In this document: positions 54,049 to 63,996 of the stretch, piece after piece
Position numbering within the stretch: position 1 is the stretch's first letter
Layout: the number at the start of each line of letters is the position of its first letter
Origin: Octopus bimaculoides
Taxonomy: Eukaryota
Reading direction: 5' to 3'
Length of the DNA: 63,996 nucleotides
Assembly (NCBI RefSeq): GCF_001194135.2
Contig: NC_068984.1
Coordinates: 65,722,871-65,786,866 of the forward strand
The notes under the pieces: model-generated
The model's database searches: none
The model's input: only the letters and a program-made list of their open reading frames with translations
What the model was told of the DNA's origin: nothing
Position numbers and translations under genes: made by a program

Positions 54049-57000
54049 AACATTTTTATAAATATTTGTTGAATAAATTGCTGATTCAAATGAAAAACTG
54101 AAACCAACTAAGTGAATGAATAATATATATTTAAATTCAATAGAGGAAAAAAAACTTTCTAGCATGTAGTAAAGTATCTTAAAAACTAGCTTTCATTTAC
54201 CATAAGTTCCTTATCATCAATATGCATATCAGTACATATGTTAGTAAATTAAACATATGAATATAAATGGATGTTCATACACATCTTAGTATACAACAGG
54301 GACTAAAAGTTAATGAACGCTAATGTTTATGTAATGGACAATCATAATAGACAGATCACACGCACACAAAACTCACACATTTATATGTGACTACATTATT
54401 ATATCTTTCTTTATTTGCCAGTAAAAGGAGAACCCAAGTTTTATAATCCCCTTAGGGCAGCTGTATTATTGAAATAGGAAACACTACATGAGTTAAGACA
54501 TTGTAGATGTGTAATGTGAGAAATCTGATTTTAAAAAAAAACAGTAACAATTGGAGAATGAATGGTATTACATTTGAGTCTAACAAAAAAAACAACTAAT
54601 GTGTGAAACCAATGGCATCAAAACTCAAATCTCAAGACATCTAACAAGCAATGTATATACATCACTGCCTGTGGCTAGCATACTGGCAGTGTATTGCTGT
54701 ACATAACAATTGTTAACAGTGATTATTTCATTAAAACAAATAAAGTATAAAATGAGAGTTACATTACTAACAGATGCTGATAGTGAAACTAAATTTTCAT
54801 TATACAACCAATACAGATATGGATGTGAAAAAGAGTGGAACCAGATTAAAATTTACCTTAATGAGCCAGTATGTGTTTTATGCTTCAAACTTTGCAGAGA
54901 TAATTTGCTCATTTCATAAAAAGTGTAAATAACTATCCCATTAATTGGGGGTCACATTATAAAATAAAATATATTGATTTTTTACCTACAAAATGTGGAG
55001 CTCACTTTATATTTCAGATAATACTGCACTTGACTGAATAACAGACAGAAAGATAAATATGTATATACATATGTATATGTGTGTGTGTGTGTGTGTGTGT
55101 GCATGCACGCATGTGTATCATATTCATGTACATATACAACACACACACACACACGTGTATGTGTGTGTGTGTGTGAGTATGTGTGTATAGAATTATGTCA
55201 TATGAGTCATTACTCATATACTATACATTTTCTTCAAACACAAGCCATCTTGCAGTTTGGTAGGAATAGTGAAAAATATCACAGATGACATTAGCCAAAA
55301 AAATTACATAAACTTCTAACTCTACAGCATATATTGAGTACTAACATTGTCAGAGTAGAAGCAGTATGTAACATAATACAAGTTGGCATGTATTGAAGTC
55401 ACTGAGGACAATAACTTCAAAGGAATTTGCAAATTGATACATAATCAAGCACCTGTTGCTTACTTCTTTTTTGGGGTGGGGGATGAGGATCCACAACAAA
55501 TGGATTTAAAGATATGAAGAAATCCAAGTATAAACATTAGTTTTTTACAATGAGGTTAGAATTGCAAATAATTGCAAATAGACTGGACAACAAATGTGAG
55601 CTAGAGAAAGAGGATGAGCCATCTTGTGCCACAAAGAAATAAGATGAGATTTTCATGTTAGTACAATAAGGTATGAAGGTTCATGTTGAGACAATCTGTT
55701 ATTGTTTTTCAATGGATTTTTCCTTAATGATTTCTTTCTTTAATGTTTCAGTGAAAGAGTAAAAACAGGAAACCAAGATTTGTTACTAACCACTGCACAC
55801 ATTCCTCTGAATAGCCAAACTGAAAGTTAATTGCTACTGATGGGCTTCTCATTTGTACGCAAGGTCATATACTAGTCATAAAATGGGGGAGATGATACAG
55901 ATTTTTTGCACTGACTGAGTCATTACACATGTGTAACATCTGGGTTTCTGTTTTCCTTGGTAACAGACTTCCATCTGGAAACCTTTTCATTCTTTGCCTT
56001 CTGACACACTGACAATCCATAACAGTAAACATGGGAAAGATCAATCCAGAACAGCACATTTTCATATTGGGACCTACACCTTACTCAAGACAACTGGTCA
56101 GAACACAAGAGTTACTGTCTCAGTTATTAACCCTAATGATGTCCATACAAGAAATGTGGTTGAGGCATATTAGTTTATTGATGCTGATATTTTTATATAT
56201 TCCAGAGTAAATAAGATGATGTAAGGACTTTGTCATAGATGTATACAGTTGTTTGTTGTGGGATTGAATATATAGTTTGTGAGTTGGAATTTACTGCAAC
56301 AACACACTGTATCCTTTAATGTCCAGTTGCTCTTTCATTTTGAGTATTTTTGATTATTTTGTTTATTTGATAAGAGATCAGCTCTTATCAAGCAAACTTA
56401 CAGTGGAAGGCATTCCAACTATGATCATCTTCATTTGAAATATAGTGCATACAGGACAATATTATGCAATATGTCCTTCCTTTATTAAACCAGTAGGATG
56501 TGATTTGAGACAGATATGATTGCTACTTCTAGCAGGTCAAACAAAATGTAAAATGTGCAAATTGTGCTCTTTCTGTTCTTTGCATTAAAAGAAGTAAAAC
56601 ATACTGAAACAATTAGTAACATGGCAATATTATTGTTAAGCTTGTTATGAGTGTAAGTTAAACAAACCCAAGAAATAGTTATAAATAACCAGAAATACAT
56701 GAATTTGAAAAAGTAAATGCACATAGAGAACAATAGATACACTCAGAAAAGATTATGGATACAGAAGCTGATATCTATTATGAATATATTCAGGCAAGCA
56801 TGAAGTCAAAAAGAATAATTAAAAGCAGGGGAAAAGGAAAACAATCAATTGTGGTTGATAGAAGTATTCATCAAAACCAGACAACTAAGAATATGTTCAT
56901 ATATCAGTAGCTAAATAATAGAAAGATAAATCAGTTACAAAAAATGTCACACCTTTAAAAAATGTCTTTCTGCTGAAGAATATCTACTATTCGTATAAAT

Positions 57001-58299
57001 TATGTACAAACTGAATAACCAGTTATTTTTGTGCAACTAAACCTATGAAATGACAATGTCAGATGTCTCCTTGGTTAGAGTAGTGAATTACAAATGATTC
57101 ATTGGTCAAACACACTAGCTAAGAAGTGTTTCAATCTGGTTTTGTGACTATTATATGGAGCTTACTTGTTTTGAGTGAAGTATTTAAGTGGAGACCTGTC
57201 AGATATAGTATGATATGAAATCTGCTTTTGTAATTAAAAGTTTCTGCAGTGTTTGCTGAGTTTAGCAAATTTCAGTTAAGTGGTGTAGAATAGTTAGGAC
57301 TTTTCATGATATATTACAAAGAATTTGTTCCAAGAAATGACAGTAATGTATTACCATTTTGATGTAATATGTTCCAAAGGGTATAATGGCAGCAATTTTA
57401 GAACTGATGTTACAGTAATTCTTAGAATGCTATTATAAAATAAATGTTATAATAATATTGAAGCATGAATGTGAGAACGAGTGTTTGATGTGTTGCTGCA
57501 AGTAATGTGTAGACTGAAATAACGTACAGTTTTGAAAATATACACCTTACATACCTAGGTATATTTTAAAGTGGGATATTTTGAAAAATAAATTTTCTTC
57601 CATAATTTGCATTGGCCCATACGATATTTTCTTCAACATCAACCCTGGTCAACATTTCTATGACAATAATTCTAATATTTTTTCATAAAAATTACAATAT
57701 ATAATTTAATTTTTCAACTCTAGTTGTTGATTTCTTTCAAATATCTAACAATTTAACATCTGCCTTATAACAAAATTTTGAATCATAGAAAATCTCTTAG
57801 GGCTAACATAAAAAGGAAACTTCCAACAGGGGGGTGGCAATTATCAGTAGTGAAATCATTCATGAAATGAATTGTTTAAATGCTCAGAAGCATTAACAGA
57901 AGTTATTAACAGATTCTCTTTCCTACATGATTTCATTAGGAATGAAGTTGGGTGCTCAGAAAAAATAATAAAGTAAAAATGGGGCTAGAAAGTTTTGATA
58001 ATTTTTCCATTGCTCTGCTGACAACAAACAAATTCTCCCTTTGGGTGAAGGGCAGACTGTATAATGCTTCTGTATAAAGTACAAACTGAAAGGCAAACAT
58101 AGGTACTGAATGTAGAAGATGTGTGAAGACCGAGAAGGAATGAGCCAATCATCTTCCACAGGATGTATAACGTGAGGGAGCATAAAAAACAAAGTACAAA
58201 AGAGTTGAAAAGAAAAAGAAATCTTAAGTGAAAAAATCTCAGATGTTATGTGCAAGAGAGGGGATCGTAATGGTAGAGACTTGTGGTGTGTATTGTCAG

Positions 58300-58560
58300 A
58301 TAATTAAGTGCTAAATGATAAAAACTGATGGAACCTGCAAAGAGAAAGATCAAAGAAGACATTTAGAGAAGGCTGACAGTGGATATCGTGTCCCTGACAT
58401 CTAACTATTAATGAGTGTTGTTCAACTTGATGTTGTGTATGAGAGAGAGACATGCTATGTGTACTGAAAATAGCATCTGGATAAAGAAACACTATATAAG
58501 CAAAGTAGAAGGAACTTGTGGAGAGGAAGACCAATGAAGACATGTGAAGAAGGAAACACT
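58300..58560 (+). mobile_element. RTE LINE C-terminal remnant
   Basis: ..SIWIKKH..KVEGTCG/RGRPMKTCEE parallels the RTE .VEG.R.RGRP.KTW.E terminus. Confidence 0.55.
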
Positions 58561-58574
58561 ATCAGGATGTTGAT

Positions 58575-58850
58575 CATCATTCATCATCATCGTTGTTTAA
58601 CGTCCGCTTTCCATGCTAGCATGGGTTGGATGATTTGACTGAAGACTGGTGAACCCGATGGCTGCACCAGGCTCCAATCTGATCTGGCAGAGTTTCTACA
58701 GCTAGATGCCCTTCCCAACGCCAACCACTCCGAGAGTGTAGTGGGTGCTTTTACGTGCCACTGGCACGAGGTCCAGTCACACAGTACTGGCTATGGCCAC
58801 GCTCAAAATGGTGTTTTCTACGTGCCACCTGCACAGTAGCCAATCCAGCT
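58575..58850 (-). mobile_element. Retroelement 3' tail ending in (GAT)n
   Basis: Minus strand ends CCAACCCATGCTAGCATGGAAAGCGGACGTTAAACAACGATGATGATG; GC-rich and CpG-retaining relative to its flanks; family not firmly named. Confidence 0.5.
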
Positions 58851-60223
58851 GCACAAATTGCAAAAGAAATTTTTTTATTAAATTCCAATTTCTCTTAAAA
58901 AACACTCAATTTCCCTCCCTCCTCCACTTCCCTGCTTCCAAAAAACTAACAATTTCATGTTTTACACATGATGAAGATGACAAAAACTACAAGTGGCAAA
59001 GCTGGAGTGCTTTATCACTTACAGCAGTTTTTAGTTCAAATTGGTGTTAAATATCAGGTGACATTTTATGCACCATGAGGAAGTATAGTTTTGTAAATGT
59101 TCTAATCTTTAATAAGACACACAAAGAAACATTTTAAAGAAGTGACAGAAATTTCTTCCAACATAAAATAATGATGGTTCATCACCATTTGACAATATAA
59201 GTTGTCAAATGAAATTTTAAAAGATTGTGTATGTCACATTAAAGTTGCATAAAATAAAGTATCCATAGATTCACAACTTTAGCTGGCAATAATGCTTCTG
59301 AAAGAGAAATGGGGATAGAAAGAGAGAAAAACTGAAAAAGAGGAATAGACTGAGGCATACAATCGTTTACAAGATTCTTTGCTGATACATAATTTTTGTC
59401 TTTAGCATCCTGGCATGCTTTAGATACATTTGCATACTAATAACTTGATAATTAATATTCATGGCATTCTGAATACTGTAATGTTAAATATTTAACTGCC
59501 AATTACAATTAACACTGAATTCCAGAAAGGAAGCATTAAGCATATATAGTAACTTCTTCCAAAGCAGGAAATCATATACCCAGATTTTAAACACTCATTC
59601 TGTTTGGCTTATATTTATAAATACTACTGCATGGTTTTTAATCGATCTAATAAATTTAAAGTTTTGATTAAATTTCAGTGAAAATATCCATATATTAAAA
59701 TATTACTAATTAAATTACAGCAATAGAAAAAATACAGGTCAAAATCCTTACAAAAATCATGCTCTACACCATTATAAACTGATTACATATATCAGCACAT
59801 GGATATAAACTATACTAAAAGAATGTGTAATATGTTTAAGAAAGAGAGACCAATTACTAGGAAAACAGTTAATAAAAAAACATTACTGAACCTAGAAACT
59901 AATTAAATGATTTTAACTAAATTCACTTTATTAATGAGGAAGGAAAAAAATTTAAACAAGTCAGGCAAGAAAAAAGAAACATAAAGTTAAGTAGGATATG
60001 GAGAGATTGCTGATGAAGTCCAATATAATAAAAAGTATTGACTGACTGAGAATGTATTTAATAATACCAGAATTAATCATATTAGCATTCACACTCGTTT
60101 CCAACATATCTATGTATATATGGTCTCATTACAGTAATACAACTTGTTCTCAATTAACATTGATATAGTGATGTGTAGCTGTGTGTATAGCTTTGTCTTT
60201 CAGCACTTTCTTCTATATTCTAT

Positions 60224-60271
<48 letters not shown>

Positions 60272-61599
60272 AACACACACAAGATATGTTGTATGTGTGC
60301 TTGTGTAGTTGTGTGGGCCTCTTCAGGTGACTATAAACGTGTGCAGGAATATATACATAACTACATATACATGTACATAGCTATAATAATATATATATAT
60401 ATATATACACACAGACACACATGTGTATGTGCATATGTGTGTAATTGAGTGTGTGTGTCTGTATGTATGCATATGTATTAATATAGCTACAGAGACACTT
60501 ATGTATATGATCAANNNNNNNNNNNNNNNNNNNNNNNNNNNNNNNNNNNNNNNNNNNNNNNNNNNNNNNNNNNNNNNNNNNNNNNNNNNNNNNNNNNNNN
60601 NNNNNNNNNNNNNNNNNNNNNNNNNNNNNNNNNNNNNNNNNNNNNNNNNNNNNNNNNNNNNNNNNNNNNNNNNNNNNNNNNNNNNNNNNNNNNNNNNNNN
60701 NNNNNNNNNNNNNNNNNNNNNNNNNNNNNNNNNNNNNNNNNNNNNNNNNNNNNNNNNNNNNNNNNNNNNNNNNNNNNNNNNNNNNNNNNNNNNNNNNNNN
60801 NNNNNNNNNNNNNNNNNNNNNNNNNNNNNNNNNNNNNNNNNNNNNNNNNNNNNNNNNNNNNNNNNNNNNNNNNNNNNNNNNNNNNNNNNNNNNNNNNNNN
60901 NNNNNNNNNNNNNNNNNNNNNNNNNNNNNNNNNNNNNNNNNNTTGTGTACAAGAATATGCCTAGTTTTGAACAGCAATTTAATAGCTATATTCAGAAAAA
61001 TGCTTGGAAGGTATTTATAATGTTTGTATATTATGTTAAATGGTCTTCAACAAGCATCTCCCTGTTTTAGTATTTTATCTAACTTGTTAAAAGAAGATAT
61101 GAATCTAAACAAACAATGCTTATTGTATGTATGCTATCATATACTGTAAATATAACAATAAAATCAATTGATCTAAACATTAAATTAGTAGTATTCTAGT
61201 TGTCTTTTATTACAAACAACACACCCAAAATGGCACCATTGTTTTCAGGTAACAAACACACACACACACACACACACATATACATATAAATACTTAGTAT
61301 AAACAGTTTTTTTCCCTTTATTAATGCAAGTTTTTAATTACTTCTCAGTTATTTATATTCTTCTTAATTATTGGATTTAATTGCCTTTTTAAGGTTAATT
61401 TTGAGCCAAATGAATAAAATCTATTTACATTCGTAAATATAATGTGGATACACATGCAAACTATTTGATACAGAATTAAAAGGGAAACCACCAACATGAT
61501 TTCCTCCAATGCAGATTTGGGATTCTCCAAATATTTACATTTTGTGTAATGCAAGTTATGTATATTTGTATATTTACTCTTATCTCAATTAGATATATC

Positions 61600-61816
61600 T
61601 ATCTTTTACTTTTACTTGTTTTAGTTACTGGACTGCAGCCAAATTAGGGAATATTTCTTTAAATAAACCTTGAAGGGTTAAATTAAAGAAATCGACCTCA
61701 GTACGTATGTTTTTAAGTCTGGTACATATTTTATAGGTCTCATTTACAGGGATGTCAACAACACCAGTTGTCATGCAGTAGAAAGGTACAAACACAGCAC
61801 AAAGACAAACACACAT

Positions 61817-61830
<14 letters not shown>
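61600..61830 (-). mobile_element. Diverged family A-related SINE 3' half
   Basis: ATCTTTTACTTTTACTTGTTTTAGTTACTGGACTGCAGCCA..ATCGACCTCAGTAC..CAACACCAGTTGTCA, adjoining (TA)n(CA)n. Confidence 0.6.
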
Positions 61831-61851
<21 letters not shown>

Positions 61852-62080
61852 CATACATACATGCACACACACACACACACACATATATGCACACACACAC
61901 ACACACATATATATATATACATATATATATATAGAGTATCCCAAAAGTCACTGATGGATTTCAATTTTTAATAACTTCCTCAACTTTACAAACAAATGTA
62001 TGAAATTTTCATACAATATAAAAGACATTATTTACATTATCTACATTTGACGGATATTCGTCCTCATCTTGTTTGTTGTT

Positions 62081-62126
62081 AACACAACGTTTCGGCTGAT
62101 ATACCCTCCAGCCTTCGTCAGGTGTC
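62081..62126 (-). ncRNA. Minimal type I hammerhead ribozyme
   Basis: GACAC-CUGACGA-A-GGCUGG(aggguaua)UCAGCC-GAAA-CG-UU-GUGUU. Intact core, 6-bp stem II, 5-bp stem I (GACAC/GUGUU), palindromic ACGU in place of stem III, and a predicted GUU cleavage triplet. Confidence 0.8.
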
Positions 62127-62199
62127 TTGGGGAAATTTCGAACCTGGGTTCTCATTCCTATCGATGTTACTATTATTATATTATTATTATTATTAATCA

Positions 62200-62272
62200 G
62201 GTCGCTGCAGTGAATCGAACTCGGAACCTTGGGGTTAGTAGCCCGCGCTCTTAACCACTATGCCATATGCCC
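62200..62272 (-). promoter_or_regulatory. 73-nt tRNA-derived internal Pol III promoter (not a functional tRNA)
   Basis: A box TGGCATAGTGG at positions 8-18 and B box GTTCGATTC at positions 53-61, matching tRNA numbering; the acceptor stem does not pair. Confidence 0.75.
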
Positions 62273-62819
62273 GTGGGCAATTATAGGGTGAATTTTAAGG
62301 CTTATAAATATATTATTTTTCTATCCTTCCTCAATACCGGTTCCCATATGCTATTCATATCTGCACTCGGTCTGCTTAGGAGGTTGTTGTGTCCTAGCAT
62401 ATGTGCTGCTTCTTTTAGTTTTCGTATTTTCCAGTGTTGTTCCCTGTCTATTAGGGAATATTTCTTTAAATAAACCTTGAAGGGTTAATTTAAAGAAATC
62501 GACCTCAGTACTTATGTTTTTAAGTCTGGTACATATAAAAGACATAATGGAAATTAATATGTACAAGTCAAATTGTGCAACACCATCAGATCACATATGA
62601 AAAATGACATCGCTTAAATGGCCGCCATTTTTGGCTTCGCTCGCCCGTGCTCTTTCCAAAACATGCACCATAACACCCTCAAGAGTTTCACACTTCACTT
62701 CACTTCACTGATTTCTCTATTGATGTTCTCCTTCAGTTGCACCAAGATCTCTGGTTTGTTGATACTCTTTCAGGTATCTCCACAAGAAAAAATCTGGGCT
62801 AGTCAAGTCTGGAGAAAGT

Positions 62820-63260
62820 GAAGGTCATTCAAAGTGGACCTCCACACATGGTTCCAGCAAGATGGTACAGCTGCTTATACTGCAAGAGAAACAATGCAGT
62901 TGCTACAGCAGTGCTTTGGAGAGACAATAATCTCCTGTTACGGCAACATCAACTGGCCTTCATGTTCCTCAAACTTGACAAGCCCTGAGTTTTTCTTGTA
63001 GGGATACCTGAAAGAAAGGGTTTACATCAACAAACTGAAAACCTTGGTGCAAATTAATGAAAACTTCAATAGAGAAATCAAAGAATTGGGGTCTGGAATT
63101 CTTGAAGATGTTATGGTGCAAGTTTTGGAAAGAGCATGAGTGTGCAAAACCACAAATGGCTGCCATTTAAGCAAAGTCATTTTTCATAAGTGATATAGTA
63201 GTGTTGTAAATTTTGACATGTGCATATTAATTTCCATTATGTCCTTTATATTTTATGTTA
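62820..63260 (+). mobile_element. DD41D (rosa/Visitor-like) transposase C-terminal remnant
   Basis: WFQQDGTAAYTARETMQLL..NINWPSCSSNLTSPEFFL*GYLKERVY has 41 residues between D and the final acidic residue (here E; D in the other arm). Confidence 0.85.
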
Positions 63261-63522
63261 ATGTAATAGAAACAGTTATTGGCTTTATTAGACGAGCTCT
63301 ATAATGAATATGTCATTTTTTTCTATACATATTTGTTGTTGTCGAGCACTTTGGATTTTTCCATGACAGGATTTACCAGTCGTGCAGGAGGATTTACCTG
63401 GGATCTGTATTCTACATATATTTATTGGTGTCTAATTGTTGAATATTGTAAAGCGAAGTTCTTTTAATACTGAGTGCTTTATTGAGATCTACCAGGATTT
63501 TTTAATCCCGTTTTTCTTCTAG

Positions 63523-63567
<45 letters not shown>

Positions 63568-63639
63568 CACACACATATCAATAAACATACACAACAAACT
63601 GCTTTTAGTTTCTCTTATCAAAATCCATCGATAATGCTT

Positions 63640-63760
63640 TGGTCAGCTTGGGGTTACAGTTAAAGACACTTGCCCAAGTTGCCACACAATGGGATTGAAT
63701 CAAAGCCCACATGGTTGGGAAACAAGCTTCTAATCCATGCAACCACAAGACTGTGTGTGA
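63640..63760 (-). mobile_element. Family A SINE 5' half, decayed
   Basis: GCTTTGGTCAGCTTGGGG..AAGACACTTGCCCAAG.TGCCAC..GGGATTGAA..CCACATGGTTGGGAAACAAGCT; (TA)n lies downstream at about 63523-63561. Confidence 0.7.
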
Positions 63761-63933
63761 TGGGAGGTGATAGTTGGGGGACATCCATTAGTTTTGTCCC
63801 ATGTGACTTCACATTGTAATCGTTTGACAGAAAATTGTGCTTGTTTATGGCTCTTGTAAGCAATACAACTTAAATAAATGGAGTTGCAGGAAACATGTGT
63901 ACTGCAATTCAATTTTGAATCTAAATTTTACTG

Positions 63934-63939
<6 letters not shown>

Positions 63940-63996
<57 letters not shown>
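63940..63996. repeat. (GT)n microsatellite running off the window end
   Basis: Direct reading. Confidence 0.95.

Larger units (their letters stand above)
62029..62449 (-). mobile_element. 5'-truncated Penelope-like element: GIY-YIG C-terminus plus 3' repeat with tRNA-like unit and hammerhead ribozyme
   Basis: Stop-free DREQHWKIRKLKEAAHMLGHNNLLSRPSADMNSIWEPVLRKDRKIIYL* (62448 to 62302) matches the PLE DRE..W..RKIKEA.HI..LNR..W.P.L terminus. A 13-bp direct repeat ATATAAAAGACAT lies at 62016-62028 and 62533-62545. Confidence 0.85.
61930..62815 (-). mobile_element. DD41D (rosa/Visitor-like) transposon 3' part with TIR, interrupted at 62029-62532
   Basis: TIR-like TATAGAGTATCCCAAAAGTCAC at 61930; minus strand SPDLTSPDFFLWRYLKE..VLERARASEAKNGGHLSDVIFH at 62600-62815. 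Confidence 0.8.

Noticed and set aside
2772-60977. Long ORFs of 150-420 aa in the ORF track
   Set aside because: They are open only because they run through N gaps and TA/CA/GT microsatellites; not evidence of genes.
62200-62272. Possible tRNA gene
   Set aside because: The acceptor stem does not pair and the anticodon stem has only 3 bp; treated as tRNA-derived.
1-63996. CRISPR arrays, rRNA or prokaryotic operons
   Set aside because: None seen; all regular repeats are eukaryotic simple repeats or TE-derived.

Overview
AT-rich, microsatellite-laden animal DNA with seven N gaps (2958-3240, 5645-6166, 16743-17248, 30569-31501, 36577-37432, 47037-47136, 60515-60942). The repeat repertoire (tRNA-derived SINEs split by CA/TA microsatellites, abundant RTE, R4/Dong and Penelope-like elements) suggests a cephalopod, probably Octopus; this is an inference. 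I could not identify any host protein-coding gene with confidence. The window is mostly decayed transposons: one Helitron, several RTE and CR1-like LINEs, an R4/Dong element nested in a Penelope-like element (PLE), at least five PLE remnants, four Tc1/mariner-superfamily lineages and more than a dozen SINE pieces. The most interesting structure is at 62029-62449 (minus strand). It is a 5'-truncated PLE whose 3' repeat carries a 73-nt tRNA-derived Pol III promoter upstream of an intact minimal hammerhead ribozyme. It is inserted with a 13-bp TSD-like repeat into a fold-back DD41D transposon remnant and is preceded by an 87-bp copy of nearby DNA. CpG content drops sharply from about 47.3 kb, suggesting a methylated gene body on the right. 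All family assignments come from motif recognition by eye, not database searches, and the ends of decayed elements are approximate.
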